Shown in pieces: positions 35,383-45,600 of a stretch of 64,000 bases of DNA. The notes beneath the pieces were generated by a model. That model saw only the letters and a program-made list of their open reading frames with translations, made no database searches and was not told the DNA's origin. Within the stretch, counting starts at the first letter, position 1. Each line of letters starts with the position of its first letter. The position numbers and the translations under genes were made by a program. Origin of the DNA: a virus (Duplodnaviria > Caudoviricetes). The stretch covers positions 1 to 64,000 of the IMG/VR virus record IMGVR_UViG_3300020457_000007, one strand, 5' to 3'.

Positions 35383-36549
35383 TTACACATTCATTGTGAT
35401 TCTTGTGAACTGAATAAAGGTTCCTATTGTGGCAGTTGCAGAGAGTTCTAGATTAGCACCATTCATTGCAGCAGTAAATGTAGCTACTGCATTTCCTGGA
35501 TTTGAATGTACATCACCGTACATTGTGACGAATGCATCGGTTCCGTCGTGAGTAAGAATTACTTCACTGGTTGAGACGTGTCCACCGTGTGAAGCATATA
35601 CTGTATATTTTGCACCACGTACATTTGCAGCAACTAAAGTATCAAATGCTTCGGTTGCAGATGTTGTAGTTAATGTACCAGCACTAATACCTGTCTTATC
35701 TGTAATATTAATGTGGTCTGAATTATTTGTAGTACCAATCTTAACCACTGAAGAACAGGATATATCTCCTGTGACAGTAAGAGTTAGAGGAATATGAGTA
35801 TCGTAATTATTGTATATTGAAGATCCTCTTATTTCTAATGCTGGACTTGCTTGGTTACTAATATGGAAACTAATATTTTGATTAGTTGTACTGATCTCAC
35901 TAAAGTTACCATTCTCTTTTAAAGAAATAGTATTATTGAATAGTGGATGTGTATTGTTTAACTGTATAGATCCCAGAAGAGTTGTGTCATCTGGTTTTAG
36001 TAGCAATGATCCATCACCACCAACTAACCTAGCTTGATTAGCAGTAGTACCAAATTTAAGTTCTTTGTTATTGTCTAACTGTATATCACCAGCAGACAAG
36101 TGTAGACGTGCAGTCGGGTTTGCAGTTCCGATACCTACACGGTGATTGATATGATCAATTACAAGTGTTGTACTATCTAAGTTAGTAGCACCAGTAACAT
36201 CCAGTCCACCCATAGTAAAGGTAGCACCTTGGTTTAATTTGATAGCACTAATAGTACCATCAGAAGGTTCACCAACATCTATAGTATCTCCAATAACCAA
36301 TCCAAAGAAATCAATACCTGGATTAGGAGGATCGGAAAATGTTAATTGATCGTTATTAATCTGGAAAGCAACGTTTGCTTCTTGCATTACACCACCAAGT
36401 GATATAAGCAACTGTAAAGGAGAGCCAGGATATATTACTTGTCCACCAACACGCAAATTGAAAGTAGTCAACACACCATTAAACTGTGAAGCTACGTCAT
36501 CCAATTTACGGATGTTACCTATCTTTGGTGTTATGCCTAAGTATGCCAT
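35383..36549 (-). CDS. Tail-fibre-like protein (MAYLG N-terminus, HDGT C-terminal domain)
   Basis: N-terminal FNG..TTFNL/LGGVMQE/FSDPP module; RVGIGTANP fibre motif. Confidence 0.8.
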   Translation of the reverse strand: MAYLGITPKIGNIRKLDDVASQFNGVLTTFNLRVGGQVIYPGSPLQLLISLGGVMQEANVAFQINNDQLTFSDPPNPGIDFFGLVIGDTIDVGEPSDGTISAIKLNQGATFTMGGLDVTGATNLDSTTLVIDHINHRVGIGTANPTARLHLSAGDIQLDNNKELKFGTTANQARLVGGDGSLLLKPDDTTLLGSIQLNNTHPLFNNTISLKENGNFSEISTTNQNISFHISNQASPALEIRGSSIYNNYDTHIPLTLTVTGDISCSSVVKIGTTNNSDHINITDKTGISAGTLTTTSATEAFDTLVAANVRGAKYTVYASHGGHVSTSEVILTHDGTDAFVTMYGDVHSNPGNAVATFTAAMNGANLELSATATIGTFIQFTRITMNV

Positions 36550-36552
36550 TTC

Positions 36553-37530
36553 TTAAATGATAAGTAATTTGCCGTTTGTTCCAGATGTACCTTGAGCACC
36601 ACCTTGTCCTGCGGTACCTCTATCTGGATCAGCATTATTGCCAGGAGTTTCGTTTGTCCCTCCTAAAGTCGAACCAGCTTGTATTCTAGTCTGATCTATA
36701 TATGAAGATCCTCCACCACCCCCGTGGCCATTGGTATCTCCTGAACCGCCACCACCACCTCCGTAGTAGCCAGCACCGCCCCCACCACCAGGATAGATGA
36801 GCAACATACCTGCTCTACCACCAATGAGAGAACCACCATCTAAGGAATCTGTGAAACCAGCAAATCCACCTTCGGATTGACTACCTCCACCTCCTCCTCT
36901 TTGATCGAATAGTTGACCTATTTGACCATTAAGAGCACCACCAGCACCGCCTCTCTGATCAGCACCAGCACCACCGCCTCCAGCAGCAATCAATAATGCA
37001 TTAGATTGAACAGCAGAATTACGGAAGACTCCTGAGAATCCACCACCACTTCCACCATATCTTGCACCATAGATACCACCGAGACCACCACCACATTCTC
37101 CAGCAGTAGCAGCATTTGAGGAACGTGGATCACCTGCTCCACCAACACAGATATGATATGTTTCGCCAGGTTCTAATTCCAAACCACCAGCTACATATCC
37201 ACCTGCACCACCAATACTTCCACTGTCAACACCACCACCTCCACCAGCACCCCAAGCAGTAAACTGCACAGTAATGATAGCGTCACCAGTGACATTAGAT
37301 TGCAATGTATACTCACCCAAGTTTAAGGTTAGTTTTCCTTGAGTGTCTAAATCGTGATTAATTACAGGATCACCGTTCTGAGGAGTAATAATGATATTAC
37401 GTACTGGCTCGTACTGAGATTTCCTAATTCTTGAAGTATCATAAAAAGGACGCAAATGTCCCTCATCGGTCATATTGTCCAACCGACTCTCGTAATTTAA
37501 GGTCTTTAGATTACCGATACGAAAAGACAT
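36553..37530 (-). CDS. Glycine-rich protein, possible adhesin
   Basis: Many GGGGG/GAGG runs in the WGAGG...VGG...AGGGGG...GGGGSSY arrangement. Confidence 0.8.
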   Translation of the reverse strand: MSFRIGNLKTLNYESRLDNMTDEGHLRPFYDTSRIRKSQYEPVRNIIITPQNGDPVINHDLDTQGKLTLNLGEYTLQSNVTGDAIITVQFTAWGAGGGGGVDSGSIGGAGGYVAGGLELEPGETYHICVGGAGDPRSSNAATAGECGGGLGGIYGARYGGSGGGFSGVFRNSAVQSNALLIAAGGGGAGADQRGGAGGALNGQIGQLFDQRGGGGGSQSEGGFAGFTDSLDGGSLIGGRAGMLLIYPGGGGGAGYYGGGGGGSGDTNGHGGGGGSSYIDQTRIQAGSTLGGTNETPGNNADPDRGTAGQGGAQGTSGTNGKLLII

Positions 37531-37904
37531 TATGATTCCTTATCACCGATTAAAATAACGGTTACTTTGTTTGACGAATCTGTCAAACCAAATACAGCAT
37601 CGTTCTCATCTGTTAGGACAATAGGATAATTTAGTTCAACATAAAATGTTTCACCAGATGCTAGCTCCTGTCTAAGAAACTGTTGTGGTTTAGATGCTAC
37701 GTCTAGAGTGTCTAGTGCACCTACATTATCCTCAAGATAATACAAGTTGACAGTTTCAGTTGTGGTTGCACCATTAAAAATGACGAAACCTTTTAGATAT
37801 GTTTTTGTAGTAGCTGGATTAACGTAAATAGGAGCCGCAGTTGTATTGGGTACAAACTGTATATTCTTGTTGTTGTACGTTAAATTTCCCCTTGAAAGTG
37901 CCAT
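37530..37904 (-). CDS. Small beta-sandwich adaptor-like virion protein
   Basis: 124 aa; pattern similar to the core of 39297..39941; CTAAATA at 37927-37933 upstream. Confidence 0.75.
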   Translation of the reverse strand: MALSRGNLTYNNKNIQFVPNTTAAPIYVNPATTKTYLKGFVIFNGATTTETVNLYYLEDNVGALDTLDVASKPQQFLRQELASGETFYVELNYPIVLTDENDAVFGLTDSSNKVTVILIGDKES

Positions 37905-37929
37905 TGTATACTAGTAGCCTCCGTAGTAT

Positions 37930-39297
37930 TTAGCTGAACAGCCAGATGTCTCGCATTTCATTGCGATCGCTGAAATCCATATTGACAGTGCCGTCCCCAT
38001 TACTACTAGTTACAACTAAGTTGTATCCAATTTCAGCAGTGGATGAAGCAGGGAATATAACGTTCCCCAAACGAATTCTGTTAGGTGTCGGACCACCAGG
38101 ATCTGCCTGAATGGTTACACCTTGTATGGTAGCATTATTAAGTGTTGCTGTATTAATAATACCACCAGTAGCATCGGCTTTTAAAGCAATCGCATTGTTA
38201 ATGGTGGTACTAAAGTTAGCATCATCTCCTAAAGCAGTACTTAATTCATTCAATGTATTAAGTGCACCAGGAGCAGCACCAATCAAGTCATTAAGTTCTT
38301 GACGAACAAAACTTGTGGTAGCTAATTTTGTAGAGTTGTCATTAAGAGTTTGGAGTACAGCAGTTGAGTCGGCAGCGACGTTAACTGTAGTCCTGTCTGC
38401 TAATGAACCTAAAGAGTTCTCGGTGGTAATGTAAGTCCCGTCAGAGACTAAAATATCGGTGGCGACACCGCTTACTACTGCAAATAAATGGAAGTTATCA
38501 CCATTTTGAACTAATTCTGTTCTGCCACCTGTGTCATCAGACTCAAGGACAATTTTTGGTAGGGTAGTTGCTTTGACTCGTAGTGCATTAGAACTTCCAG
38601 CACTATCAATATCAACTTTAAATGATGGACTATAGTTTCCTACACCTATAGATCCATAACAATCTACATTCCTGACATTAATATCATCAGTTGTTAGTAG
38701 TTCAGTAGCACCAGATCTTCCATAGAAAGAAGATACCGCACTGGTAGGTCCAACAAGTGAGGATGAGAAACCAATATGGTTGACTTCAATTTCACTGTTG
38801 ATATCTGGAGCATTGTCAAAACGTAGAGTTAAATTTTGTCCAACCAAGGTATAAGCATTCTTATGCTGTACCAAACCATCTATGGTAACTAGAATGGCAT
38901 TAAGGTTAGGAGCTGCCTTTGACATTACGTAATCAACGTCAACACCATTAGCAGTAAACGTTTCAGAGAAGATCTCTGAACGATCCATATTATTAACTAC
39001 AGAACTTTGAACCTGTCCAAAGAAAGTATCACCTACTGAAGGTGCTTCGGAGAAATAGATTCTCTCTCCTTGTACCCAGAATGAACCTGGAGCACTAGAA
39101 GAACTACCTGTATTAGGTTGTTGATGTACCCCGTTCAAGGATACTGTCAATTGCATTGTCTGACCAACTGTTACAGGGTCATTGTTTGTCGTACGTAAAA
39201 GAAAGTTATCTGTAGTACCGTCAAATTGAGAGGAAATATTTTGGATCTCCTTGATCTTTGAGACGTACGCTTCTGGATTAAGACCAAGATATGCCAT
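37930..39297 (-). CDS. Tail-fibre-like protein (MAYLG N-terminus)
   Basis: Two LNGVHQ/IDGLVQ modules; STKLATTSFV and LIGAAPGALNTLNELSTALGDDANF fibre motifs. Confidence 0.82.
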   Translation of the reverse strand: MAYLGLNPEAYVSKIKEIQNISSQFDGTTDNFLLRTTNNDPVTVGQTMQLTVSLNGVHQQPNTGSSSSAPGSFWVQGERIYFSEAPSVGDTFFGQVQSSVVNNMDRSEIFSETFTANGVDVDYVMSKAAPNLNAILVTIDGLVQHKNAYTLVGQNLTLRFDNAPDINSEIEVNHIGFSSSLVGPTSAVSSFYGRSGATELLTTDDINVRNVDCYGSIGVGNYSPSFKVDIDSAGSSNALRVKATTLPKIVLESDDTGGRTELVQNGDNFHLFAVVSGVATDILVSDGTYITTENSLGSLADRTTVNVAADSTAVLQTLNDNSTKLATTSFVRQELNDLIGAAPGALNTLNELSTALGDDANFSTTINNAIALKADATGGIINTATLNNATIQGVTIQADPGGPTPNRIRLGNVIFPASSTAEIGYNLVVTSSNGDGTVNMDFSDRNEMRDIWLFS

Positions 39298-39941
39298 TAG
39301 ACTGATACCTCCATAACACTGGCAATACAGTCTAGAGAACTTACCGTGTCACATTTAACTAGAATTTCGTCACCCAGTCCTACATCTACTTTAACTAGAG
39401 CATCACCAGATGTGTGAGTAGTAGGAGTTGAGTTTGCTTGTGCTCTATCAACGTTGAGAGTAGTATCACCAGCACCAGCTAGTGAAGTAATCTTCATAAT
39501 CTCATTGTTGATTTTGATATAATCTAGAGCATTAAGTTTTGGACCTGTGTTGTCACTGATAGTAATCGATACAATACTAGCAGATGTTATGTTAGCAGCA
39601 AGAGTATCACTAACTGCTGGAGTTGAATCTCTATAACCGTCAGGGTTATATTCTAAAATAATCTTTTGTCCCTGCATAACTTCAAACGCTGACCCAGCAG
39701 GGATGGGAACGTTCTTTACGATCATCACATCATCCTTTGGATACTGAGGATCGATACTAAATGCTGGGTATCTATTAATTGATACTTCAGCAATCACCGC
39801 CGTTTGGGTGGTGTTTGATAGGTTACATCCAATAATAACTGTTTGCTTCTCAGTTTGTGTTCCTTGAAGTTCAACAGCATATATGGAAGTCGTAGATGTT
39901 CCTACGTTTTGTTTTGAAGTTGAGATGAATTTATTTGCCAT
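39297..39941 (-). CDS. Virion adaptor-like protein (MANKF N-terminus) with inserted beta domain
   Basis: VIIGCNLSN, KNVPIPAGSAFEV, KIILE...GDEILV core interrupted by an approximately 75-aa insert. Confidence 0.78.
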   Translation of the reverse strand: MANKFISTSKQNVGTSTTSIYAVELQGTQTEKQTVIIGCNLSNTTQTAVIAEVSINRYPAFSIDPQYPKDDVMIVKNVPIPAGSAFEVMQGQKIILEYNPDGYRDSTPAVSDTLAANITSASIVSITISDNTGPKLNALDYIKINNEIMKITSLAGAGDTTLNVDRAQANSTPTTHTSGDALVKVDVGLGDEILVKCDTVSSLDCIASVMEVSV

Positions 39942-39947
39942 TGTTAA

Positions 39948-40601
39948 TTAACCGAGAGCGATAGCAAGTGCAGTAGCGTCAAGACCCGCTTCAACAGATA
40001 CACCGACCTGTGCAGCAAGGGTATTCACCTCAGCCTGCAATTCATTGATCGCATTAACGAGGTTTGCTTTGTTTTGAGTAGTTAAGTTAGTAAGATTACC
40101 GATAGTGATATCTTTAATCTCATTGATAGCAGCAACTATACTAGATTTAGATACTGTACTTAAGTTAGAAAGAACACCGATAATGATATCCTTTGTTTCG
40201 TTAAGAGCAGCTACCAGACTGGTGTGGTCAGCAATGTTTGCTGATAAACCTGCAAGGTTACCTACATCTTGATCTAGTTCATTGAGTGCATTAACAATAC
40301 TAGTTTTATCAGTAGTAGTCAGGTTAGACAAACTTTTGATAATAGTAGTAGTGATATAGTTGATCGCTTCGACAACATTGTCTTTATCGTTAGCTGGAAT
40401 TTCTCCAGTGATAGAAGCAATCGGACCTAATTCTGTGTCTAATTCAAGAAGACAATCAGTTATAGTCTGAGCAACTAAATTGTTAGCTACAGACTGGGCA
40501 ATAATTTTGCCAGAAAAATCACCATTGTCAACACCGATCTCGTTGATCTCGACACGTTGTTGTTCAAAGGTAAAATTTTTGTCTACAGTTCTTACTGGCA
40601 T
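39948..40601 (-). CDS. Repeat-containing fibre protein ending ALAIALG
   Basis: About 5 copies of LxxLTTxxKxx(I/L)VxA(I/L)NE; N-terminal TFEQQRVEIN. Confidence 0.82.
   Translation of the reverse strand: MPVRTVDKNFTFEQQRVEINEIGVDNGDFSGKIIAQSVANNLVAQTITDCLLELDTELGPIASITGEIPANDKDNVVEAINYITTTIIKSLSNLTTTDKTSIVNALNELDQDVGNLAGLSANIADHTSLVAALNETKDIIIGVLSNLSTVSKSSIVAAINEIKDITIGNLTNLTTQNKANLVNAINELQAEVNTLAAQVGVSVEAGLDATALAIALG
40030..40410 (-). repeat. Intragenic 25-30-aa tandem repeats (LxNLTTxxKxSIVxAINE)
   Basis: Visible in the translation of 39948..40601. Confidence 0.75.
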
Positions 40602-40623
40602 TAGACTTATAGGTTCTCGGTTT

Positions 40624-40631
40624 TATTTATA
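40624..40631 (-). promoter_or_regulatory. T4 late promoter TATAAATA
   Basis: Exact consensus, intergenic. Confidence 0.75.
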
Positions 40632-42176
40632 CTAGGCAGTAATGAGGTCTCTGAAATACTTGATAGTATTCGTAGCGTATACAGGAGTGAAGATAATTTC
40701 AATATTCGCTCCATTGTACTGAGCAGTGATGGTACCTAGACCACCTTGTGCAATACCACCTGAAGTTACAGTTGCATATTCCTCAACGTATATGTCAGTT
40801 CCATCGTGAAGGATGAGAACTTCTTTTACCTGAGTATATGCACCAGATGTGCACTGGACAACATACTTACCACTACTGTAAGTAGCAGAAGTAAATGAAT
40901 CAATAACTGCTGCTGTGATAGAAGCAGTAGTAGCTGTACCAGCATCAGATCCGTGTATGTCCTTAACTGTAATTAAGGATCCACCAGCAGTATCATCATA
41001 ACGAACTTTTTCGTTTCCACCTAAGCACATTCCCATTTGGTCAGGGCCTGGACGGTAGAAACCATTGTCCTGATCCTGATAGAAACTAATACCTGGAATA
41101 GCCTCTGTACCGTCGCCAGCACCAGTGAAACCAGACAGGTTAGTTAATCCATTACCATCTCCAATGAATGCTGTAGCACCTACAGTACCATTGACTTGCA
41201 TTATCTGAGCAAGAGCGTTGTTTGGATCTTGTCCAATACCGATCTTGTTGTTGGTAGGATCTAACTTGAACAATGCAACGTTAGAACCTGTTGGTTCCAT
41301 TGTTACGACTGCACCGTCAAACTTGACATATGAGTTAGCACCCGATACATCAACTTCAACTGCATCAATATTAGACTGTAGTGTACCTAATGTATAGGTA
41401 ACATCACCAACAGTACTACCAGTAAAACTACCAGTACCTATTGCAAACTTATCTTCTGACTCGTCAAATCCAATAAAAGCATTATCTTCAGAACCACGTT
41501 CAATAACTAAACCAGAGTCACCAGTTGGTGCTCCTACAATACCATTTCCAAGTTCAATTAATTTATCACCAATTACAGTGTTAGTTGTGGTGATTGTTGA
41601 AGTACCACCTAGTACAGTCAACTCACCATTGATTATTACATTATTCGCAACTTCTAAATCTTGTGTTGGTGTTCCAACTCCGATACCGACTTTACCTTCT
41701 CCTGTAACAACTAGTGCATCAGATAGTGTATTAAGTCCACTACCAGTGACTCCTCCAGCAGGTGATGTCTTAATACGTAAATATCCACCTGAAGCAGAAC
41801 CAGTAGATGCTCCACCAGCAATGATTAAGTCAGATCCAGAAACGTCTGTACCACTAGCATCATCTCTACCAACCTTACCAGTAACAGATAGTGTGGTAGC
41901 TACAGATGCTGCATTGAAATTAAAAGTACTTGTTCCATCTATCTTAGATGGTGTGATTGCACCGTCTTGAATAACAGCAGTTCCAACAGCTTCCAGTCCA
42001 CCAGTAGAACTTAGTTTCTGAGTAGTAATGCTGTTGTCAGCTAGTTTTAACGTAGTTATTGCACCATTTCTGATAGTAGAAGTAGTGACCGCCTGGGTAC
42101 CAACTCCGCTATCTAGCTTTGAGTCACTAACCAGCCCATCGTTCAAACCAGTTCTTCTGATTCTTGTTAGAGCCAT
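40632..42176 (-). CDS. Tail-fibre-like protein with HDGT C-terminal domain
   Basis: AITTLKLADNSITTQKL repeats, GKVGIGVGTP, DKLIELG..DSGLVIERG, C-terminal KYVVQ...LHDGT; TATAAATA at 42201-42208. Confidence 0.82.
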   Translation of the reverse strand: MALTRIRRTGLNDGLVSDSKLDSGVGTQAVTTSTIRNGAITTLKLADNSITTQKLSSTGGLEAVGTAVIQDGAITPSKIDGTSTFNFNAASVATTLSVTGKVGRDDASGTDVSGSDLIIAGGASTGSASGGYLRIKTSPAGGVTGSGLNTLSDALVVTGEGKVGIGVGTPTQDLEVANNVIINGELTVLGGTSTITTTNTVIGDKLIELGNGIVGAPTGDSGLVIERGSEDNAFIGFDESEDKFAIGTGSFTGSTVGDVTYTLGTLQSNIDAVEVDVSGANSYVKFDGAVVTMEPTGSNVALFKLDPTNNKIGIGQDPNNALAQIMQVNGTVGATAFIGDGNGLTNLSGFTGAGDGTEAIPGISFYQDQDNGFYRPGPDQMGMCLGGNEKVRYDDTAGGSLITVKDIHGSDAGTATTASITAAVIDSFTSATYSSGKYVVQCTSGAYTQVKEVLILHDGTDIYVEEYATVTSGGIAQGGLGTITAQYNGANIEIIFTPVYATNTIKYFRDLITA

Positions 42177-42203
42177 TGCTTTAGTCGATTCCTATGTGAG
42201 TAT

Positions 42204-42407
42204 TTATAGTTTTGAAAGCACCTCTTTTAAAAGTGCTTTCATCTCATCTATTTCTTGCTTCAGATGAGTTAAATCCTCAGCATTCGTTGTAGATTGAAGA
42301 GCTAGTGCTCTTTGCCTCTTATACGCTTCAAAAGCATTCTTATCGGTATTGACTACAGCACCAGTCAGAGAATCTTTGTTTAGATTTGGGTGACCTGTAA
42401 CTTTCAT
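42204..42407 (-). CDS. Small conserved hypothetical protein with coiled-coil C-terminus
   Basis: KVTGHPNLNKD..TGAVVNTD; LKQEIDEMKALL. Confidence 0.8.
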   Translation of the reverse strand: MKVTGHPNLNKDSLTGAVVNTDKNAFEAYKRQRALALQSTTNAEDLTHLKQEIDEMKALLKEVLSKL

Positions 42408-42616
42408 CTATCCGCAAAATACCTTTCAATCACTTGAAGTCTCTCATCCCATTGTGCAATCATATTGATCTCAGTTTCCATAGCACCCAAGATATCGGAA
42501 TGCTCTCCAATACCAGCAGGGTTCTGTAAATATATTTCAACGTTAGCTTTGTGCTTCTCAATTTGACCTTGATAGTAAGCACGTAAAGCGTTAATAGTGT
42601 TTGATCTTGTAGACAT
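42404..42616 (-). CDS. Small conserved hypothetical protein
   Basis: HKANVEIYLQNPAGIGEHSDI. Confidence 0.8.
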   Translation of the reverse strand: MSTRSNTINALRAYYQGQIEKHKANVEIYLQNPAGIGEHSDILGAMETEINMIAQWDERLQVIERYFADR

Positions 42617-42618
42617 AA

Positions 42619-45600
42619 TTAGAAAGTTGCAATTGCACGGAGATCTCGAATTCGAGGAGGTAGAGCAGGGTTTCTACTCTTCATTATTATTTTAATAGCA
42701 AATGAACTAAATTCCTTCAATCCTGTTACAGAATAGTTATATTCTCTAAAGTCTGATTGAGACTCAGTAGTTGGAGAGAAATTAGTACCACTAGAAGGTG
42801 TGACCTCAACGTCTGGAACTCCAGTAGCATTGAAGTATTCCCAGTTGATATCCTTGAAGTATATCTGTTGAGATGACCTCTTAGTCTTGAACATCACAGT
42901 AACATCATCAATCTCTTGTAGTGCAGCATTCAATACAAGGTTAATACTATTACCAGGATTGTCGATTGAAATTTCCTTTGTAACATATGTAGCTACGTTA
43001 GAGGAGTTTTTCAATCTGTCTGGTGTGTAAAGGTAACCATATGATGTGTAGATGTTCTTAATGCTGACGGGAACTTTAAAACTCTCGTTGATAATAGAAA
43101 CACCACCTTCATATAGTCCATCAGATACAGCACCTGAACCAATTAGATCACTCTTATCAAAGGATGAATCATTTGATGTGAAGATTAATCTATAGTTTTC
43201 TTGGTTCCAACGTGTTACAGCACCTGTCTTAAGATCGGCACTATTAGCAAGTTTGGTTCCTGGTACAACATTCAATTGTGCTAAAGGTAGCGTACCAGTA
43301 ATCTTAATTGGTTTAACTAAGTTAAGATTACCTGAGGCAGCACCTGTAGTACCAGTGTCACCATTCAGGTCACCATTATAAGTAGAGGATCCACCAAACT
43401 CGATTTCTTCACCAAGAACAAATCCATCACCTTCGGTAACTCTTACATACAATTCACCAGGATTGCTAGAGTTATCCCAATAAGATAAGATTGCTCTAGT
43501 ACCTGAGGTTTTTCCTTTAATAGTCTGACCAATACCATTAGTAACTTCCAATGCAGCAGATGTTCCTAAAGTGCTAGGACTACCAGCACTATCCATCAAA
43601 CGAAGAATTACTGTCTTATGTAATTCTACTTCTTGTATCTTTCTACCGTATCTGTCTTCATTACCAGAAGAAGCTTCAACACGGTTATTTGTTAATATAG
43701 CCTTAGGATTCTTTAGACTAATGATGGGTGAAAGATTAGCATTGTGAGTGCTAAGAGTTGCGGTAAGGACAAACGATTTTTGACTGTTAAGTCTACTACT
43801 GAATAATTTTTCATTAAGTTTAGATGCTACAACTCTTTGAGTTGGGAAATAGTACTCCTTGTTAAGAATAACAGGTAGAGGAGAATCTGGAGTATAGTCA
43901 ACAGTAGTTACAGCAGAATCGAGTGGTTTAACTAGAGTAGATGTAACTGTAGTATCCAACATAGTAGTTGGGAAATCTAGAGAATCTACTTTAAGTAGTG
44001 CTTTTTCAAACTTGGTCTGACCTAATCCTTTAACGTTAAGGCCACCACCAATTACACTACCACCTGCTGTTGTGGACATCCCAACAGTATAGAAATCAAT
44101 ACCAGCTGATAAGACTGAGAAGATTTGACGATTTAAAGCAGTAGCAGAGAATCCACCTACAGCTGCTGAATCTTTAAGAGCAACGAAGGAACCCGCATTT
44201 AGACCGTGATTTCTATGTAAGACTTTGATAACTTTATTGTTAGCAGCAAACAAATTACTGGTAGTGATATTAGCACCAAGAGAATTTGTTTCAATAGGAT
44301 TAGCTTGAAGTGGTTCATATCCCTGATCCTTATTGACTAAGTTGATGACACCACTCTGAGTAGTATCAAACTGTGCCATATAAAGATCGAACTTCAAGTC
44401 CTCATACTGGTTCTCTGTCCAGAGGTTAGAGTTCTGGGACTTAAATAGAGATCCAAGTAAAGGTTGTGTGGTAACAGTAGAGTTAGAATTAATTTCAGTT
44501 TCACCCAATCTAGAGATAAATGTTTGATAGATTGTGCTGTTACTTTCTACAATTACAGCATACTCTCTATCATTCTCTAGGTAGATAGGATATTGGAAAT
44601 GGAACTTAGTAGGAATAAGTGCTTTATCAGATGTAGCAACACCCATTCTTACAGCAGGCTTAGTAATCTTAAGCACTGCCCTACCTTCTGCAAGTTGAGT
44701 TGCAGCAGCAGATACAATCAATACACTAGGTGCAGTAGTATACTCACTACCACCTAAAGTAGGTTGTATTTCATATACCTTCTGATCAGTGATCTGTGGA
44801 ACAGCAGTTGCAGTAATACCGCCAGGTAATTGAGGAGACTCAATTGTGACAGTTGTAGAACCTGCATATCCATCACCCATATCATCAACAACAATCTCTG
44901 AAATGTATCCAGAGTCAAGAACGATTTGCATCTTAACGATGTCATCACCAGATCTTGAGTTGTTAGCAACAGTTAGAGAAGTGATAACTAGTGGTTCACC
45001 AGCTATGAAATCTTCTTTGTTGTGATCTCCTAGGATCAAAGTATAAACTTGTGATGTACCTAAGGTATAAGTGTCATTGACTACAGGTACTGGTTGATTC
45101 TGAGAATCAAGTACACCAATCAACGGACCTTGAGCATTAGAAGTATCACCTTCAATAATCTCATCCTTAAGTAATGTATGACTACCACTAGTAATGACTC
45201 TAATATAAGTATTAGATTCCATTACAGAAATAGAACCAGGAAGAATATTCTTAGTTGGTCTACCTGAGATAGTATCAGATAATTTAATAGTAACGGGTAG
45301 TGAAGGATCTTTTGCTGAGAAGTAAAGATCAACAGATGATACCATCACACCACCATCAAAACTCTCAACACGGAATGTCTGTGCTAGAGGGTCAGATACA
45401 CTAACATCTGGATTTAAGATGTTCTCAGTATACTGAGTACCATCTACCTTATCAGCAGTATCAATATCTTCTAAAGCAATAATATCATTTGGAAGTGGTT
45501 CATATGTACCACTAGCTTTAAAGGTTACAACAGCGTGTGATTCAGGACTTGCAGCATTAGTATTGCTACTAGTGAATTTAATCTTCTTATCACCTAATGG

